Part shown: piece after piece, positions 1 to 10,343 of the stretch
Position numbering within the stretch: position 1 is the stretch's first letter
Layout: each line of letters begins with the position of its first letter
DNA from: a bacterium
GTDB taxonomy: Bacteria > Patescibacteriota > Minisyncoccia > Phycocordibacterales > UBA1550
DNA: 52,066 bases
Direction of reading: 5' to 3'
Assembly (NCBI GenBank): GCA_030649835.1
Contig: JAUSES010000063.1
Coordinates: forward strand, 1-52,066
The notes under the pieces: model-generated
The model's input: the letters and a program-made list of their open reading frames with translations, nothing else
Databases searched by the model: none
Told to the model about the DNA's origin: nothing
Position numbers and translations under genes: made by a program

Positions 1-2
1 AC

Positions 3-977
3 TTACAAAATGTAAATGCAAGCAAAGAGAATCTGCCGGATGATGTATCTACGCTACTGCCATCCATGCAGGGTATTCAAGCAGAGGAATCTGCATATCT
101 TGACGATGACAAGGTGATATATGTTTCCCGACCTAACGACCAAAATGAAAAAACTTCACGAAGGAAAATAGCCGACAATGTTGAGCATGTATTTGATCAG
201 CAAGGTTCGAAGATTTTGTTTGCGAAAAGTTTAGTGATTCAAGATGAAGTTGGGGGTACTGCTGATTTGTGGGCAATAAATACACAGACTGGAAAGGAGA
301 AGAAAATTGCTGATTCTGTCGGTGATGCGGTACTCTCTCCATCAGGAGAGCTTATTGCAACTAGTAATCTCGTTACAGGAGGAATTGATCTCTTGACCGG
401 AGATGGTGTCTTTTTGAAAAAGATTGGCATTTATGGAGCTTTGCCACTTTTTTCCCCAGACAACAAACAGATTGCTTACTATAAATTTGCAAGCTCTTCG
501 TTTGACAGGGATCTACCGGGGAACACTATTGGGATTGTGATTTATGACCTAAATACTGAAGAGGAAATTATTGTTACTAATGATAGTAAGGATAATAATC
601 CTATTGCGTTTTCTGCTGATGGAAAAAAGTTATACTTCAACTCATTGAGAACATCAACCCAATCTTTGTGGGTTGTTGATCTCAGCAGCAATGCAGTGAA
701 GCAGTTGTCCAACAAGTCAAGTATTGGTAGTTCTCTCGGAGGGCTTGATCCCCTCATGAATCGAAATTTGCTTGTTTCTTCTGATGGATTACAGATGATC
801 TCCCTGTCGTATGAAGACGAGATAGGAATGCTGGTCTTTAAAAGGAATGGTGAAGTCGAGTCTTCAAAAACACTAGGCAAAGGTAGTAATTTGCAATGGT
901 TAGCTAAAGATAGTGTTGTTGCTTATCGCGCACAGGGATTTAAGGGTAAATATTGGGAATTTGTTTCCGTTAAGTAA
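3..977 (+). CDS. TolB-like/PD40 beta-propeller protein, 5'-truncated by window edge
   Basis: Frame is open from position 3 to TAA 977. Repeated (F/L)SP(D/S)G-type blade motifs (LSPSG, FSPDN, FSADG). Paralogous to 14969-16093. Confidence 0.8.
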   Translation, partial: LQNVNASKENLPDDVSTLLPSMQGIQAEESAYLDDDKVIYVSRPNDQNEKTSRRKIADNVEHVFDQQGSKILFAKSLVIQDEVGGTADLWAINTQTGKEKKIADSVGDAVLSPSGELIATSNLVTGGIDLLTGDGVFLKKIGIYGALPLFSPDNKQIAYYKFASSSFDRDLPGNTIGIVIYDLNTEEEIIVTNDSKDNNPIAFSADGKKLYFNSLRTSTQSLWVVDLSSNAVKQLSNKSSIGSSLGGLDPLMNRNLLVSSDGLQMISLSYEDEIGMLVFKRNGEVESSKTLGKGSNLQWLAKDSVVAYRAQGFKGKYWEFVSVK

Positions 978-1008
978 TACAACCTACAAACTAAAAAGGA
1001 GATTGAAA

Positions 1009-1701
1009 ATGAAAAAAGCCATGTTGGCTGGACTGGTTTTACTAGGAACAAGTTTCTTTGCGGAAGCAGCAACGCTTCATCGGTGGCCACTTGATTATTA
1101 TGCAAATCCTGCATATTCACGATGGTATGATCATAATCATAGTGACTATCTTGTTGATGCTAACGGTAATCAAACAGGATTTTGCTCTGGCGGGGGCTCT
1201 ACTCCATGTCCAACTCGTATTTATACGGGAAATCCTCAGTCGGGAGCCGATAAGCACCATGGTACGGATATTCTAGGCAACAGATCGCCGACACATATTC
1301 GTGCGGGATTTACTGGGAGTTTGTACGGGAGGCAGGATGGTTGTGGAAACAATTGGACTCCATGAAATGCGTGCTATGGATATGGAAACCATGTCAAGAT
1401 CCTTCATAATGATGGAAGTGGCAGGGTAACTATCTATGCACACATGGCACCTGGTACTGTTGTTTGGCCAATGACTATCTTGTGTGGTGGTGCGGTCGGA
1501 CAGATGGGAAACTCAGGAAGCTCAACAGCTATTCATCTTCATATGGAAATATGGGCGAGTCAGTACGTTACTACCTCAAGTCCTCACACGGATCGGTTGG
1601 ATTTATTTGGTGGTCCCGGGAACACAAGTAGCACGGGAAGTTTCTGGGTTGCTCAAAACGGTACCAGTGCACCTACGTATCCATCATTATCGTGTCAGTG
1701 A
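1009..1701 (+). pseudogene. Secreted M23-family metallopeptidase interrupted by an in-frame TGA (1363-1365)
   Basis: SD AAGGAG then ATG 1009; signal peptide; HHGTD, GYGNHV, YAHM and HLHME motifs. ORFs 913-1365 and 1444-1701 share a frame, separated by a single TGA (WTP*NACYGYGNH). Confidence 0.75.
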
Positions 1702-1741
1702 CCTAATGTAGGCAAAAATTAATTTTGTTAGCTTTAGATTT

Positions 1742-1772
1742 ACGCCCTCGAGAAAATCTCGAGGGCGTTTTT
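1742..1772 (+). terminator. Rho-independent terminator
   Basis: ACGCCCTCGAGA-AAA-TCTCGAGGGCGT followed by a T run. Confidence 0.85.
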
Positions 1773-1819
1773 ATATTTGATTTGCTTGTGTGTAGTTTCG
1801 CGGGTATACTCTATAAATA

Positions 1820-3496
1820 ATGGTTAAAAAACTCCTCTCACTTTTTTCACGCGAATGGAATGGACTTCATGAAGCGGCATTTCTCATTGGTATTTTTGCA
1901 ATACTTTCACAACTCCTCGCACTTTTTCGTGATCGTCTACTTGCTCACACTTTTGGAGCTGATCAAATACTTGATATCTATTACGCAGCCTTTCGTATCC
2001 CTGACTTCGTTTTCGCAGGTGTTGCTTCATTTATCTCGGCTGTGGTACTTATTCCGATTTTGACGAGGAGAGCAGGGGAGAGCGATGCGCGCGCACAGAA
2101 GTTTCTGAACGACACCTTCACTGTTTTTTTTACGATTCTTGCGATCGTGTCTATCGGCGTATTTGTAGCAGTCCCCTCCATTGTACACACACTTTTTCCT
2201 GCATACTCAGGAGATGCCTACAATGAGCTTGTTACCATGTCGCGACTTTTACTCCTGTCGCCAATTCTCCTCGGTCTCTCCAATCTCTTAAGTAGCGTGA
2301 CCCAGATGCTCCATAGGTTTTTTGCATTTGCTCTTGCGCCAGTGCTTTATAATGTAGGCATAATTTTAGGTGCCCTTTTCTTCTATCCGACATTTGGGCC
2401 AATTGGGCTTGGATGGGGCGTTGTCCTCGGCGCCTTCCTGCACTTTTTTGTGCACTTTTTTGTCAGTTCACGCAATGGTTTTACTTTAAAAATGTCACTC
2501 GTTCCTTCTTTTTTGGACATTTGGGAGGTTCTTCGAGTTTCCTTCCCCCGAACAATTGGGCTTTCGGCAAACCAGATTGCTCTTTTTGCATTGGTTGCAT
2601 TTGCGGCAAATCTCCCCGAGGGCTCTATTACCGTCTTCAACTTTGCGTTTAATCTTCAGTCTGTCCCGCTCGCGGTTATTGGCGTGAGCTATGCGACAGC
2701 GGCTTTCCCTGGTCTCTCAAAACATTTTGTGGAAGACGAGATGAAAAAATTCCTTGAAAAAATATTGGCCGCTGCACGACATATTGTGTTTTGGTCGCTC
2801 CCTGTTCTGGTACTTATGATTGTCCTTCGCGCGCAGATCGTTCGCACCATTCTTGGCTCTGGCTCGTTTGACTGGACGGCGACAAAGCTCACCGCGGCGG
2901 CGTTGGCAATATTCACCGTGTCTGTTGTTGCTCAATCAATCGGCCTTCTTTTTGTGCGGGGGTTTTATGCGACGGGGAACAACAGTATTCCACTTTTAGT
3001 CAATTTATTTTCCTCGATTGTGATAGGAGTCACGGGATACTTTTTTCTTTTGTGGTATGCAAGTAGCCCATTCATTCAGGATTTTATGGGGGCGCTCCTT
3101 CGCGTGGAGGGGATTGCCGGCGCTTCGGTGTTGATGCTTCCGCTCGCATATTCCTTTGGCGTACTTCTCAATACCGCGCTTCTTATATATTTCTTTAGAA
3201 AACGATTTGGTAAATTTTTGTCACCCATTAAGGATACATTAATCCACGGCTCTTTTTCTGCGCTGATTGCGGGGCTCGTCGCGTATGAATTTTTGGAAGT
3301 TCTTGGTCTGTATTTAAATCTCGATACATTCATTGGTATTTTTACACAAGGACTTGTGGCAGGTGTTGCTGGTCTCCTCACGTGGTGGCTTATTTTGGAG
3401 CTTATGAAGAACGAGGAAATCAAGGATGTCCGCATGGCGCTCCACCGCAAGTTCTGGAAGGCTAATGTCGTGATGCCGGACAAGGAGGAGATCTAA
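1820..3496 (+). CDS. murJ: Lipid II flippase MurJ (MviN)
   Basis: About 14 TM segments; motifs LALFRDRLLAHTFGA, DIYYAAFRIPD, APVLYNVGII. Confidence 0.92.
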   Translation: MVKKLLSLFSREWNGLHEAAFLIGIFAILSQLLALFRDRLLAHTFGADQILDIYYAAFRIPDFVFAGVASFISAVVLIPILTRRAGESDARAQKFLNDTFTVFFTILAIVSIGVFVAVPSIVHTLFPAYSGDAYNELVTMSRLLLLSPILLGLSNLLSSVTQMLHRFFAFALAPVLYNVGIILGALFFYPTFGPIGLGWGVVLGAFLHFFVHFFVSSRNGFTLKMSLVPSFLDIWEVLRVSFPRTIGLSANQIALFALVAFAANLPEGSITVFNFAFNLQSVPLAVIGVSYATAAFPGLSKHFVEDEMKKFLEKILAAARHIVFWSLPVLVLMIVLRAQIVRTILGSGSFDWTATKLTAAALAIFTVSVVAQSIGLLFVRGFYATGNNSIPLLVNLFSSIVIGVTGYFFLLWYASSPFIQDFMGALLRVEGIAGASVLMLPLAYSFGVLLNTALLIYFFRKRFGKFLSPIKDTLIHGSFSALIAGLVAYEFLEVLGLYLNLDTFIGIFTQGLVAGVAGLLTWWLILELMKNEEIKDVRMALHRKFWKANVVMPDKEEI

Positions 3497-3675
3497 TGCC
3501 CTTTCTCAGATGGTAATTTCTATTTTAAGACGCATTCAAGAATTAAGAACACCAGTATGATTCCTCGTCTATCGTTTAATATTGTCTACTAATGGAGTGA
3601 AATGAGTGTGACATCTTCTTTTCGTGTTGTAAGAAAAAAAGGAAAAGCAAACGTCGCATGATATACTCATACATT

Positions 3676-4890
3676 ATGAAAGACAAAGCGTCCCCAAAGA
3701 CAAAAATATGTGTTGAGTGTGGTGAAATAAATGCAACACATGGAGTAACGTATGTTGACGTACTCATTAAAATTATCTTTGGAAAAGTTTTTTCGAATCT
3801 TTTGTTTTTGGAACCGACGGTGTTTAAAATGAACAGTCTTATTATGTCGTTTGAGCCACATATTTTTTCTGCTCTCGTGCGCACTGGTGTAGCAAAAAAG
3901 CAAACTGAGCCAGACCACGAAACACAGCTCCTTGCACAAATGCTGTGGGCAGAAGCCAAGGCGCGGGGGATAGTGGTATGGGAGCTACGACTTTTTAGGC
4001 TCGCGCGGAATTTCTTTCTCGCAGAATTTAAAAATGGGAAACGTATAACATTTGAAGGGATCCCCCTTCCTGTCAAAAAATCTACGGGTGCGTGGTGGAT
4101 CGACGACAAGGCTATTTTAAAAAAGGAGTTTCAATCTCGAGGGTTGACGGTCGCAAAGGGTGGATCAGTTTCTTCAAAAAAATCAGCTCTAGAGCTTTTT
4201 AGGAAACTCGATGTGCCTGTTATTGTAAAGCCTCGCAAGGGATCTGGGTCGCGACACACAACACTTCACATCACGGACGAAGCCGAGCTTTTGCGCGCAT
4301 TCGCTGTCGCAAAACAAGTCTCACCATCAGTAATTATAGAGGAAGAAATTGAGGGTAGCGTGTACCGCGCGACTGTGGTAGACGGCAAGCTCGTTGCGAC
4401 ACTTCGCAGAGACCCTCCTTGTGTGGTAGGGGACGGCACAAGCACGATTTTAGAGTTAGTTCGTAGAGCAAACGAACATCCCGCACGTAGTGGTCCATAC
4501 TTTTCAAAAATTAAACTCGACGATTCTGCTACGACCGAGCTCAAGTGGCAGGGGCATGTGCCGAAAGATATTTTACCAAAAGGGAGGCGCGTGACCTTTC
4601 ATCAAAAAGTGAACTGGAGTGTGGGGGGCACGACGGCGGATGTTACCGAAGAAGTGCATGCAGACAACATTGCTCTTTTTGAGCGCACCGCGGAGGTTTT
4701 AAACGCACCCATTGTCGGTATTGATTTTATCATTGCAGACATAAGTCGCTCATGGAAAGACCAGGAGCGATGCGGAATCATTGAATGCAACTCAATGCCA
4801 TTTTTTGATAATCACCATTTACCGTTTGAGGGGAAGCCGAGAAATGTCGCAGGGGCAATTTGGGATATGATTGAGACTAGTCAAAAGTAG
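3676..4890 (+). CDS. ATP-grasp ligase, cyanophycin synthetase/GshF-like ATP-grasp domain
   Basis: PVIVKPRKGS, VVGDG, GGTTADVT, VGIDFI and IIECNSMP motifs. TATACT at 3662 supports ATG 3676. Confidence 0.75.
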   Translation: MKDKASPKTKICVECGEINATHGVTYVDVLIKIIFGKVFSNLLFLEPTVFKMNSLIMSFEPHIFSALVRTGVAKKQTEPDHETQLLAQMLWAEAKARGIVVWELRLFRLARNFFLAEFKNGKRITFEGIPLPVKKSTGAWWIDDKAILKKEFQSRGLTVAKGGSVSSKKSALELFRKLDVPVIVKPRKGSGSRHTTLHITDEAELLRAFAVAKQVSPSVIIEEEIEGSVYRATVVDGKLVATLRRDPPCVVGDGTSTILELVRRANEHPARSGPYFSKIKLDDSATTELKWQGHVPKDILPKGRRVTFHQKVNWSVGGTTADVTEEVHADNIALFERTAEVLNAPIVGIDFIIADISRSWKDQERCGIIECNSMPFFDNHHLPFEGKPRNVAGAIWDMIETSQK

Positions 4891-4915
4891 CAAGTCGAAA
4901 ATCAGAAAGTTTAAT

Positions 4916-4945
4916 TGTCTTTGCGAGCGGAGCGAAGCAATCCAG
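4916..4945 (+). repeat. CGTC/TGTC-tagged palindromic repeat, half unit
   Basis: TGTCTTTGCGAGCGGAGCGAAGCAATCCAG abutting the GIY-YIG stop. Confidence 0.85.
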
Positions 4946-4949
4946 AGAA

Positions 4950-5249
4950 TTACAATAATGTGCTGTACAGATCAATCCACCGTGGGTTCCCAGACTCAAT
5001 GAGAGCAATTTTCTTTTTGCGTGAGCCTGCTTTTATTTGTTTTTCGTGTTCAATCGCGCCACGCATGGTTTCGTGTACTTCAAAATATACAAGGGTATGC
5101 ACACCGTACTTTTTTGTGAATCCTTCAATGGTGTCACTCTTGTGTTCGGTTATGCGTTTTAGTAAGTCACTAGTGACTCCTGTATAAAGTGTGCCGTTTC
5201 GTTTACTTGCGAGGATATATATGCAAGGAACTTTTTCAGAGTATTTCAT
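4950..5249 (-). CDS. Stand-alone GIY-YIG nuclease (UPF0213-like)
   Basis: CIYILASKRNGTLYTGVTSDLLKRITEHK...FTKKYGVHTLVYFE...EKQIK...NPRWIDL. Confidence 0.92.
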   Translation of the reverse strand: MKYSEKVPCIYILASKRNGTLYTGVTSDLLKRITEHKSDTIEGFTKKYGVHTLVYFEVHETMRGAIEHEKQIKAGSRKKKIALIESGNPRWIDLYSTLL

Positions 5250-5279
5250 GTGCTAAATAATAACACTCCTTGCTCTGCA

Positions 5280-5398
5280 TGTCTTTGCGAGTGCAATCGG
5301 AAATACACGCACTCACCGTCTTTGCGAGCGCAGCGAAGCAATCTAGAGGTTAGTGCATATAAATCTGGATTGCTTCGTCGTACCTCCTCGCAAAGACG
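5280..5398 (+). repeat. CGTC-tagged palindromic repeats: partial 5280-5298 plus full dimer 5317-5398
   Basis: CGTCTTTGCGAG..GAAGCAATC...GATTGCTTCG..CTCGCAAAGACG. Confidence 0.85.
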
Positions 5399-5665
5399 AT
5401 GCAAAAATGGAATCACAGCCCCACGAAGACGATCTGCGCATGCTGTGCATGCTTCCTAATTTACTTAGTTAGTTTATGAGGATTATGATTGGGGCACAAT
5501 TTATTACTACAACGTTCGGGTATGGTCTTCGGTCACAGATAATTTTCTCGTCGTCACTCTAAAATTTCCGCTACCCCGGCTCAGCAATTTTTTTGCTAGA
5601 AAAATTATGCTTCCGCCCCACAAAAACTAGTTGCGGATGAAGCGCAGGCTTCATCCTGCCATACT

Positions 5666-7885
5666 TTACTTTATTAGCTTGTGTGGATTGTGGTTAGGAC
5701 ATAGTTTGTTACTGCATCTTTCTGGAATCGTTTTTGTGCCATCCATCATGAGGGAGTCGCAGGGGGAGCCGTCCACTTTTGGATATTCGCAGATTCTTCC
5801 CGTTGGTCGTGCTTTGATAGCGTATTTACAGTCGGGGTAGCCGGTACAACTATAGAAAATTCCAAAACGCCCCTTACGCTCAGTCATGAATCCTTTTTTG
5901 CAGACAGGACATCCGACACCCGTAGCATTCAAAAGTGCAGCAGAGTCATCTTTTTTAATATGCTTACATTTTGGATAGCTTCCACAAGCAATAAATCTCC
6001 CAAAGCGCCCGTCACGTTCAAAGAGGTTTGACTTTCCGCACTTTGGGCAGAGCTCACCTGTGTCGCGTGGCCCGGCGAGCTCGGTACCATCTATTTGGCG
6101 AGCGCCATCACAATCGGGATAGTTTTTACACGAGAGAAATTTACCTGTACGTGCGAGCTTGATAATCATCGAGCCGTTACACTTTGGGCACTTGTGCTTT
6201 GGGTCTGCGTCACCCATGTTTGTCTGCTTTTCAATTTTATCTTTCGCTTTGAGGTCTTTTGTAAATGGTGTGTAAAATTCTTTGAGCACCTTCACATACT
6301 CGCGGTCGCCGTTTGCAATATCGTCGAGCTTGTTTTCCATCTCGGAAGTAAATGTATCCGAAATATAATGTGCAAAATGTTCTTCAAGAAAAGAGCTCAC
6401 CACGTCACCCGTGTCGGTGGGCTTCAATGTCTTGCCGTCTTTAATCACATAGCCACGATCCTGAATAGTTTTAATAATAGACGCATACGTAGAAGGGCGG
6501 CCAATGTCGCGCTTCTCAAGCTCCTTCACGAGACCTGCTTCGGAGTAACGTGACGGTGGCTCGGTGAATTTTGCCGTGTCATCGAGTGAGAGAAGAATGA
6601 GCGACTCTCCTTCTGCAACTTTAGGTAGCTCCACATCCTCACCACGCGAGTCTGGGTCGGCCGAGAGCCAGCCGGGGGAAAGCACTCGAGAGCCGGTGAT
6701 GGAAAAATTCGGTATGGTAAAATCCCTCACGTTTGCGAGAATGGTTGTGCGTGCAAGTTTTGCATCCACCATTTGTGATGCCATGGTGCGCGCCCAGATG
6801 AGGCGGTAAAGTTTTTTCTCTTCAGGGTTGATGCCGAGACTGTCTTTTGTGAAGTCTGTTGGGCGAATAGCCTCGTGCGCCTCCTGTGCATTCTTGCTTT
6901 TTGTTTTGTACACACGCGCCTCTGCGGACTCTGCGCCGTAGCGTTTGGTAATTTCACCAAGAATTGCCGCCATAGCATCTTTGGAAAGCGTGGTGCTGTC
7001 GGTGCGCATGTAGGTGATGAATCCCTTTTCGTAGAGCTTTTGCGCGATACCCATTGTGCGTGATGGCGCAAATCCAAAACGTGACGAGCCAGCTTGCTGG
7101 AGGGTAGAGGTAATGAACGGCGCCTTTGGTGCGCGACCGACCTCGCTTTCTCTTACTTCACGCACAATCCACTGATTTGCACGACCTATTTTTAAAATAT
7201 TTTTTACCACCGCTTCATCGCGTGGTTCCTCGGTGCAAGCAAGCTCAAGCTCTGCACCCTTTGTTGTTTTTACTTTTGCGGTGAGCGTCCAATATGCCTC
7301 TGGTATGAACGCACGGATTTCGCGCTCACGCTCCATTATTATACGAAGGGCAGGGGACTGCACACGTCCCGCAGAGAGGCCATAGCGCACTTTTTTCCAG
7401 ATGAGCCCCGAGAGGTCATAGCCCACGAGTCTGTCGAGCACGCGCCTTGCCTCCTGCGCCTTGCGAAGGTTTTGGTCAATCATGCGCGGATGCGCGATAG
7501 CCTCTTCTATAGCAGCCTTGGTAATCTCGTGATATGTAATTCTTTTGACTTTTGACTTTTGACTTTTAGACTCCAAGCCACAGGCTTGGCTGATGTGCCA
7601 CGCTATCGCTTCACCTTCGCGGTCGGGGTCAGTTGCGAGGAGCACCTCACTTGCCTTTTTTGCAAGAGAATCAATCTCGTGCACGATGTCCGCCTTGCCT
7701 TTTGAGATTTCGTAAAACGGAATAAAGCCACCGGAAATATCGATAGCTTGTTTGTTTGATTTTGGCAGATCGCGCACGTGCCCCACGCTCGCCTTTACGA
7801 CGTATTCGCTTCCGAGATATTTACCAATCGTCTTCGCCTTTGACGGCGATTCGACGATTAGAAGTTTGTATTGTTTGAGAGCCAT
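5666..7885 (-). CDS. topA: DNA topoisomerase I with C-terminal zinc ribbons
   Basis: IVESPSKAKTI, ATDPDREGEAIAWH, SAGRVQS, ITYMRTDS, GIGRPST-like motifs; C4 zinc ribbons. Confidence 0.97.
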   Translation of the reverse strand: MALKQYKLLIVESPSKAKTIGKYLGSEYVVKASVGHVRDLPKSNKQAIDISGGFIPFYEISKGKADIVHEIDSLAKKASEVLLATDPDREGEAIAWHISQACGLESKSQKSKVKRITYHEITKAAIEEAIAHPRMIDQNLRKAQEARRVLDRLVGYDLSGLIWKKVRYGLSAGRVQSPALRIIMEREREIRAFIPEAYWTLTAKVKTTKGAELELACTEEPRDEAVVKNILKIGRANQWIVREVRESEVGRAPKAPFITSTLQQAGSSRFGFAPSRTMGIAQKLYEKGFITYMRTDSTTLSKDAMAAILGEITKRYGAESAEARVYKTKSKNAQEAHEAIRPTDFTKDSLGINPEEKKLYRLIWARTMASQMVDAKLARTTILANVRDFTIPNFSITGSRVLSPGWLSADPDSRGEDVELPKVAEGESLILLSLDDTAKFTEPPSRYSEAGLVKELEKRDIGRPSTYASIIKTIQDRGYVIKDGKTLKPTDTGDVVSSFLEEHFAHYISDTFTSEMENKLDDIANGDREYVKVLKEFYTPFTKDLKAKDKIEKQTNMGDADPKHKCPKCNGSMIIKLARTGKFLSCKNYPDCDGARQIDGTELAGPRDTGELCPKCGKSNLFERDGRFGRFIACGSYPKCKHIKKDDSAALLNATGVGCPVCKKGFMTERKGRFGIFYSCTGYPDCKYAIKARPTGRICEYPKVDGSPCDSLMMDGTKTIPERCSNKLCPNHNPHKLIK

Positions 7886-7934
7886 TAGACTACAGTAGTA
7901 CTATAGAGTGATTAATTTTGCAAATATGAAAATG

Positions 7935-7965
7935 AAAAAAAGCAGGTCGTGAGGTGACCTGCTTT
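7935..7965 (-). terminator. Terminator of the 7983-8234 gene
   Basis: AAAGCAGGTC/GACCTGCTTT stem; the A run gives a U tract on the minus strand. Confidence 0.7.
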
Positions 7966-7982
7966 GTTTGGCGGTTTCCCAA

Positions 7983-8234
7983 TTAGCGGGAACCTTCGTA
8001 AGAAATGACAGTAGGTTTTTCTCCTGCGTAGGTTTGTCCTTCGAGTAACTCAATCTGCCCAAACTCAGCAAGAAAATTGCTTCCTATTTGGATTGGTTGG
8101 CGCTGTGGGTCAAAAAGTGTACCCCGTGCCTCTTGCTCTCCGCTTGCTGCAGCAATAGCTACTTCTTTGGTGTTGCCTCCCGGACTATCGCGAAAATTAA
8201 GGGGTTTATTCCTGGAAATTTTCCAAACCTTCAT
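7983..8234 (-). CDS. Small hypothetical protein (83 aa)
   Basis: SD GAGGAG, own consensus promoter upstream and own terminator downstream. Confidence 0.65.
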   Translation of the reverse strand: MKVWKISRNKPLNFRDSPGGNTKEVAIAAASGEQEARGTLFDPQRQPIQIGSNFLAEFGQIELLEGQTYAGEKPTVISYEGSR

Positions 8235-8297
8235 TTCATTCTCCTCAAAGTTAAAGTTCAAATCACATTCACAGCGGGATGCCGTAATTCAAAGACA

Positions 8298-8326
8298 AGT
8301 ATAGCACCTCCCATTCTTTTTGTCAA
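8298..8326 (-). promoter_or_regulatory. sigma70 promoter TTGACA-17-TATACT
   Basis: Minus strand: -35 at 8321-8326, -10 at 8298-8303, with extended TG. Confidence 0.8.
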
Positions 8327-8340
8327 GGGGAAAAAGATGC

Positions 8341-9216
8341 TTACTTTACTCGTTCAATTTTACCCATTCGTTCCTGAATTACACCTTTGATTTCGAGGAC
8401 AGTTAGGATTGAAAGTGTTTGCGCAGGAGGTGTGTCGAGTGAAGCGATAATTTCCTCGCGCTCACGGGGTTCATCTAATAGTACGAGTATCGCTTGTTCT
8501 TCGGGCGTAAAAAGAGTGAGGTCGAGCGATCCGAAGGATTGCTCGACGAAACCAATTTCTTCAAGCAAGTCCTTTGCGCTAGTAATTGGTGTCGCGCCTT
8601 GTCGCAAGAGATTGTTCGTACCTTTTGATGGTGCTGAGAAAATTGAGCCAGGGACTGTGTAAACATTTCTGCTGTACTCGACAGCGAGGCGCGCGGTGAT
8701 GAGCGTGCCGGACTTTTCCTCCGCCTCTATAATTAGTACTCCTTGAGAAATTCCTGCCATTAATCTATTACGTTGTGGAAATGTCCAAATTGCTGCACGT
8801 GCAGTAGGTTCGTATTCTGAAATAAGCGCTCCACCATTTTGAACTATCTCATATGCGAGGTTTAAATTTATTCTTGGACCAATTACTGATGAGTCTATAC
8901 CAGATCCCGGCATTCCTATCGTACGAAGCCCCGCATCTAGTGCGGCGCGGTGCGCAATAGCATCGATCCCCATCGCAAGTCCGGACACGATGACAATAGG
9001 ATAGCCCGCAAGCCCTGCAATAATTCTCTCACATGCCTCCTTGCCGTAGCTCGTGTACTTTCTTGATCCTACTACGGCAAGATAATAATATTGTGACGGG
9101 TCGGGGAGCTCACCCGCTACAAAAAGTTTTTCCGGCACCTGAGGAATTTCCAAAAGCGCTTTTGGGAATTCCTCAGGTGAAAGCATGCTAATAGCATATG
9201 AATTTTTTCCTGTCAT
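8341..9216 (-). CDS. dprA: DNA-processing protein DprA
   Basis: LAVVGSR, IVSGLAMGIDAIAH, FPQRNRLMAG, EAEEKSGTLITA; C-terminal wHTH; usual dprA-topA synteny. Confidence 0.96.
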   Translation of the reverse strand: MTGKNSYAISMLSPEEFPKALLEIPQVPEKLFVAGELPDPSQYYYLAVVGSRKYTSYGKEACERIIAGLAGYPIVIVSGLAMGIDAIAHRAALDAGLRTIGMPGSGIDSSVIGPRINLNLAYEIVQNGGALISEYEPTARAAIWTFPQRNRLMAGISQGVLIIEAEEKSGTLITARLAVEYSRNVYTVPGSIFSAPSKGTNNLLRQGATPITSAKDLLEEIGFVEQSFGSLDLTLFTPEEQAILVLLDEPREREEIIASLDTPPAQTLSILTVLEIKGVIQERMGKIERVK

Positions 9217-9460
9217 AATTTTCCTTATTCTAACACAGTGTACTAAAAGGCAGTTGTTCTAAATGATCAAACTGAAGCCTGCGATAGTCTCTATATGCAA
9301 AGCCATCACCTACACACTCAGGGGGACGGGTATATAAATTGCGTTCTCGTTGCTTTTCTTGTCTAGTTTTGTTAGGTTGTGAGCAGGAGAATATGTAAGC
9401 CAACCCGCACGGCGTTGTTGTGTGGAATGTAGGAATTTGAACTTTGAAAAGGGAGGAACG

Positions 9461-10333
9461 ATGAATAGTAGAAATTTCATGGCACTTTTGCGTGCCCAGT
9501 GGGATAAAGGAAATTTTGTTTGCGTCGGGCTTGATCCCGTTCTAAATAAGATTCCTGAAGCAGTACAAATATCAGACGCAGGTCGCCCTGATAGAGGTAT
9601 TGATCCGGAAACATCATTCATTGCATTCAATAGAGATATCATTGATGCAACCAAAGACATTGTATGTGCTTACAAACCCAACATTGCTTTTTATGAAGCG
9701 TATGGTCATGATGGTTTGTCGGCTCTACGTGAGACAATTTGTTACATCAATGAAGTCGCACCAAATGTCCCAGTAATCCTCGATGCAAAACGTGCAGACA
9801 TCGGCAATACAAATGCTGGTTATGTGAGTGCAGCATTTGATTTTTTAAATGCTGATGCGATTACGGTAAGTCCGTATTTTGGTGGCGAAGCACTCTCTCC
9901 ATTTTTGGACCGTGTGAACAAGGGCATTATTGTTTTATGTCGTACGTCCAACGAGGGAGCTGGGGAATTTCAGGATCATCACGTTAGTGTAGCACCTGGA
10001 TACAATGTGCCACTTTATCAGTATGTTGCGCAACACGTTGCTACCTCATGGAACAAGAATGGAAATTGTTTGGTAGTTGTTGGGGCAACACAACCACAGG
10101 AACTTCGTGAAGTTCGCAAGGTTATTGGCGACATGCCAATATTGATTCCGGGTATCGGCGCGCAAGGTGGTGATGTGGAACAAACTGTTATGGCAGGTAA
10201 AGACAGCCGTGGACAGGGTATGATCATTAATTCCTCCCGTGGCATTATTTTTGCCTCAAACGACGCTGACTTCGCAGAACGAGCACGAGAGGAAACACTA
10301 AAGCTTCATAATCTCATCAACCAGTATCGATAA
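9461..10333 (+). CDS. pyrF: Orotidine-5'-phosphate decarboxylase (type 2)
   Basis: VCVGLDP, AYKPNIAFYE, ILDAKRADIGNT, LIPGIGAQGG, INSSRGI; SD GGAGG before ATG 9461. Confidence 0.95.
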   Translation: MNSRNFMALLRAQWDKGNFVCVGLDPVLNKIPEAVQISDAGRPDRGIDPETSFIAFNRDIIDATKDIVCAYKPNIAFYEAYGHDGLSALRETICYINEVAPNVPVILDAKRADIGNTNAGYVSAAFDFLNADAITVSPYFGGEALSPFLDRVNKGIIVLCRTSNEGAGEFQDHHVSVAPGYNVPLYQYVAQHVATSWNKNGNCLVVVGATQPQELREVRKVIGDMPILIPGIGAQGGDVEQTVMAGKDSRGQGMIINSSRGIIFASNDADFAERAREETLKLHNLINQYR

Positions 10334-10343
10334 GGAGAAGAAA

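Noticed and set aside
1363-1365. TGA as Gly (code 25) or selenocysteine
   Set aside because: TGA ends many clearly bounded genes here (atpG, leuS, mnmA, tsaC), other long genes have no internal TGA, and no SECIS-like context is evident.
4915-5459. Plus-strand ORFs 4915-5187 and 5250-5459, and ORF 41130-41321
   Set aside because: Antisense to the GIY-YIG gene or translations of palindromic repeats; no independent coding signal.
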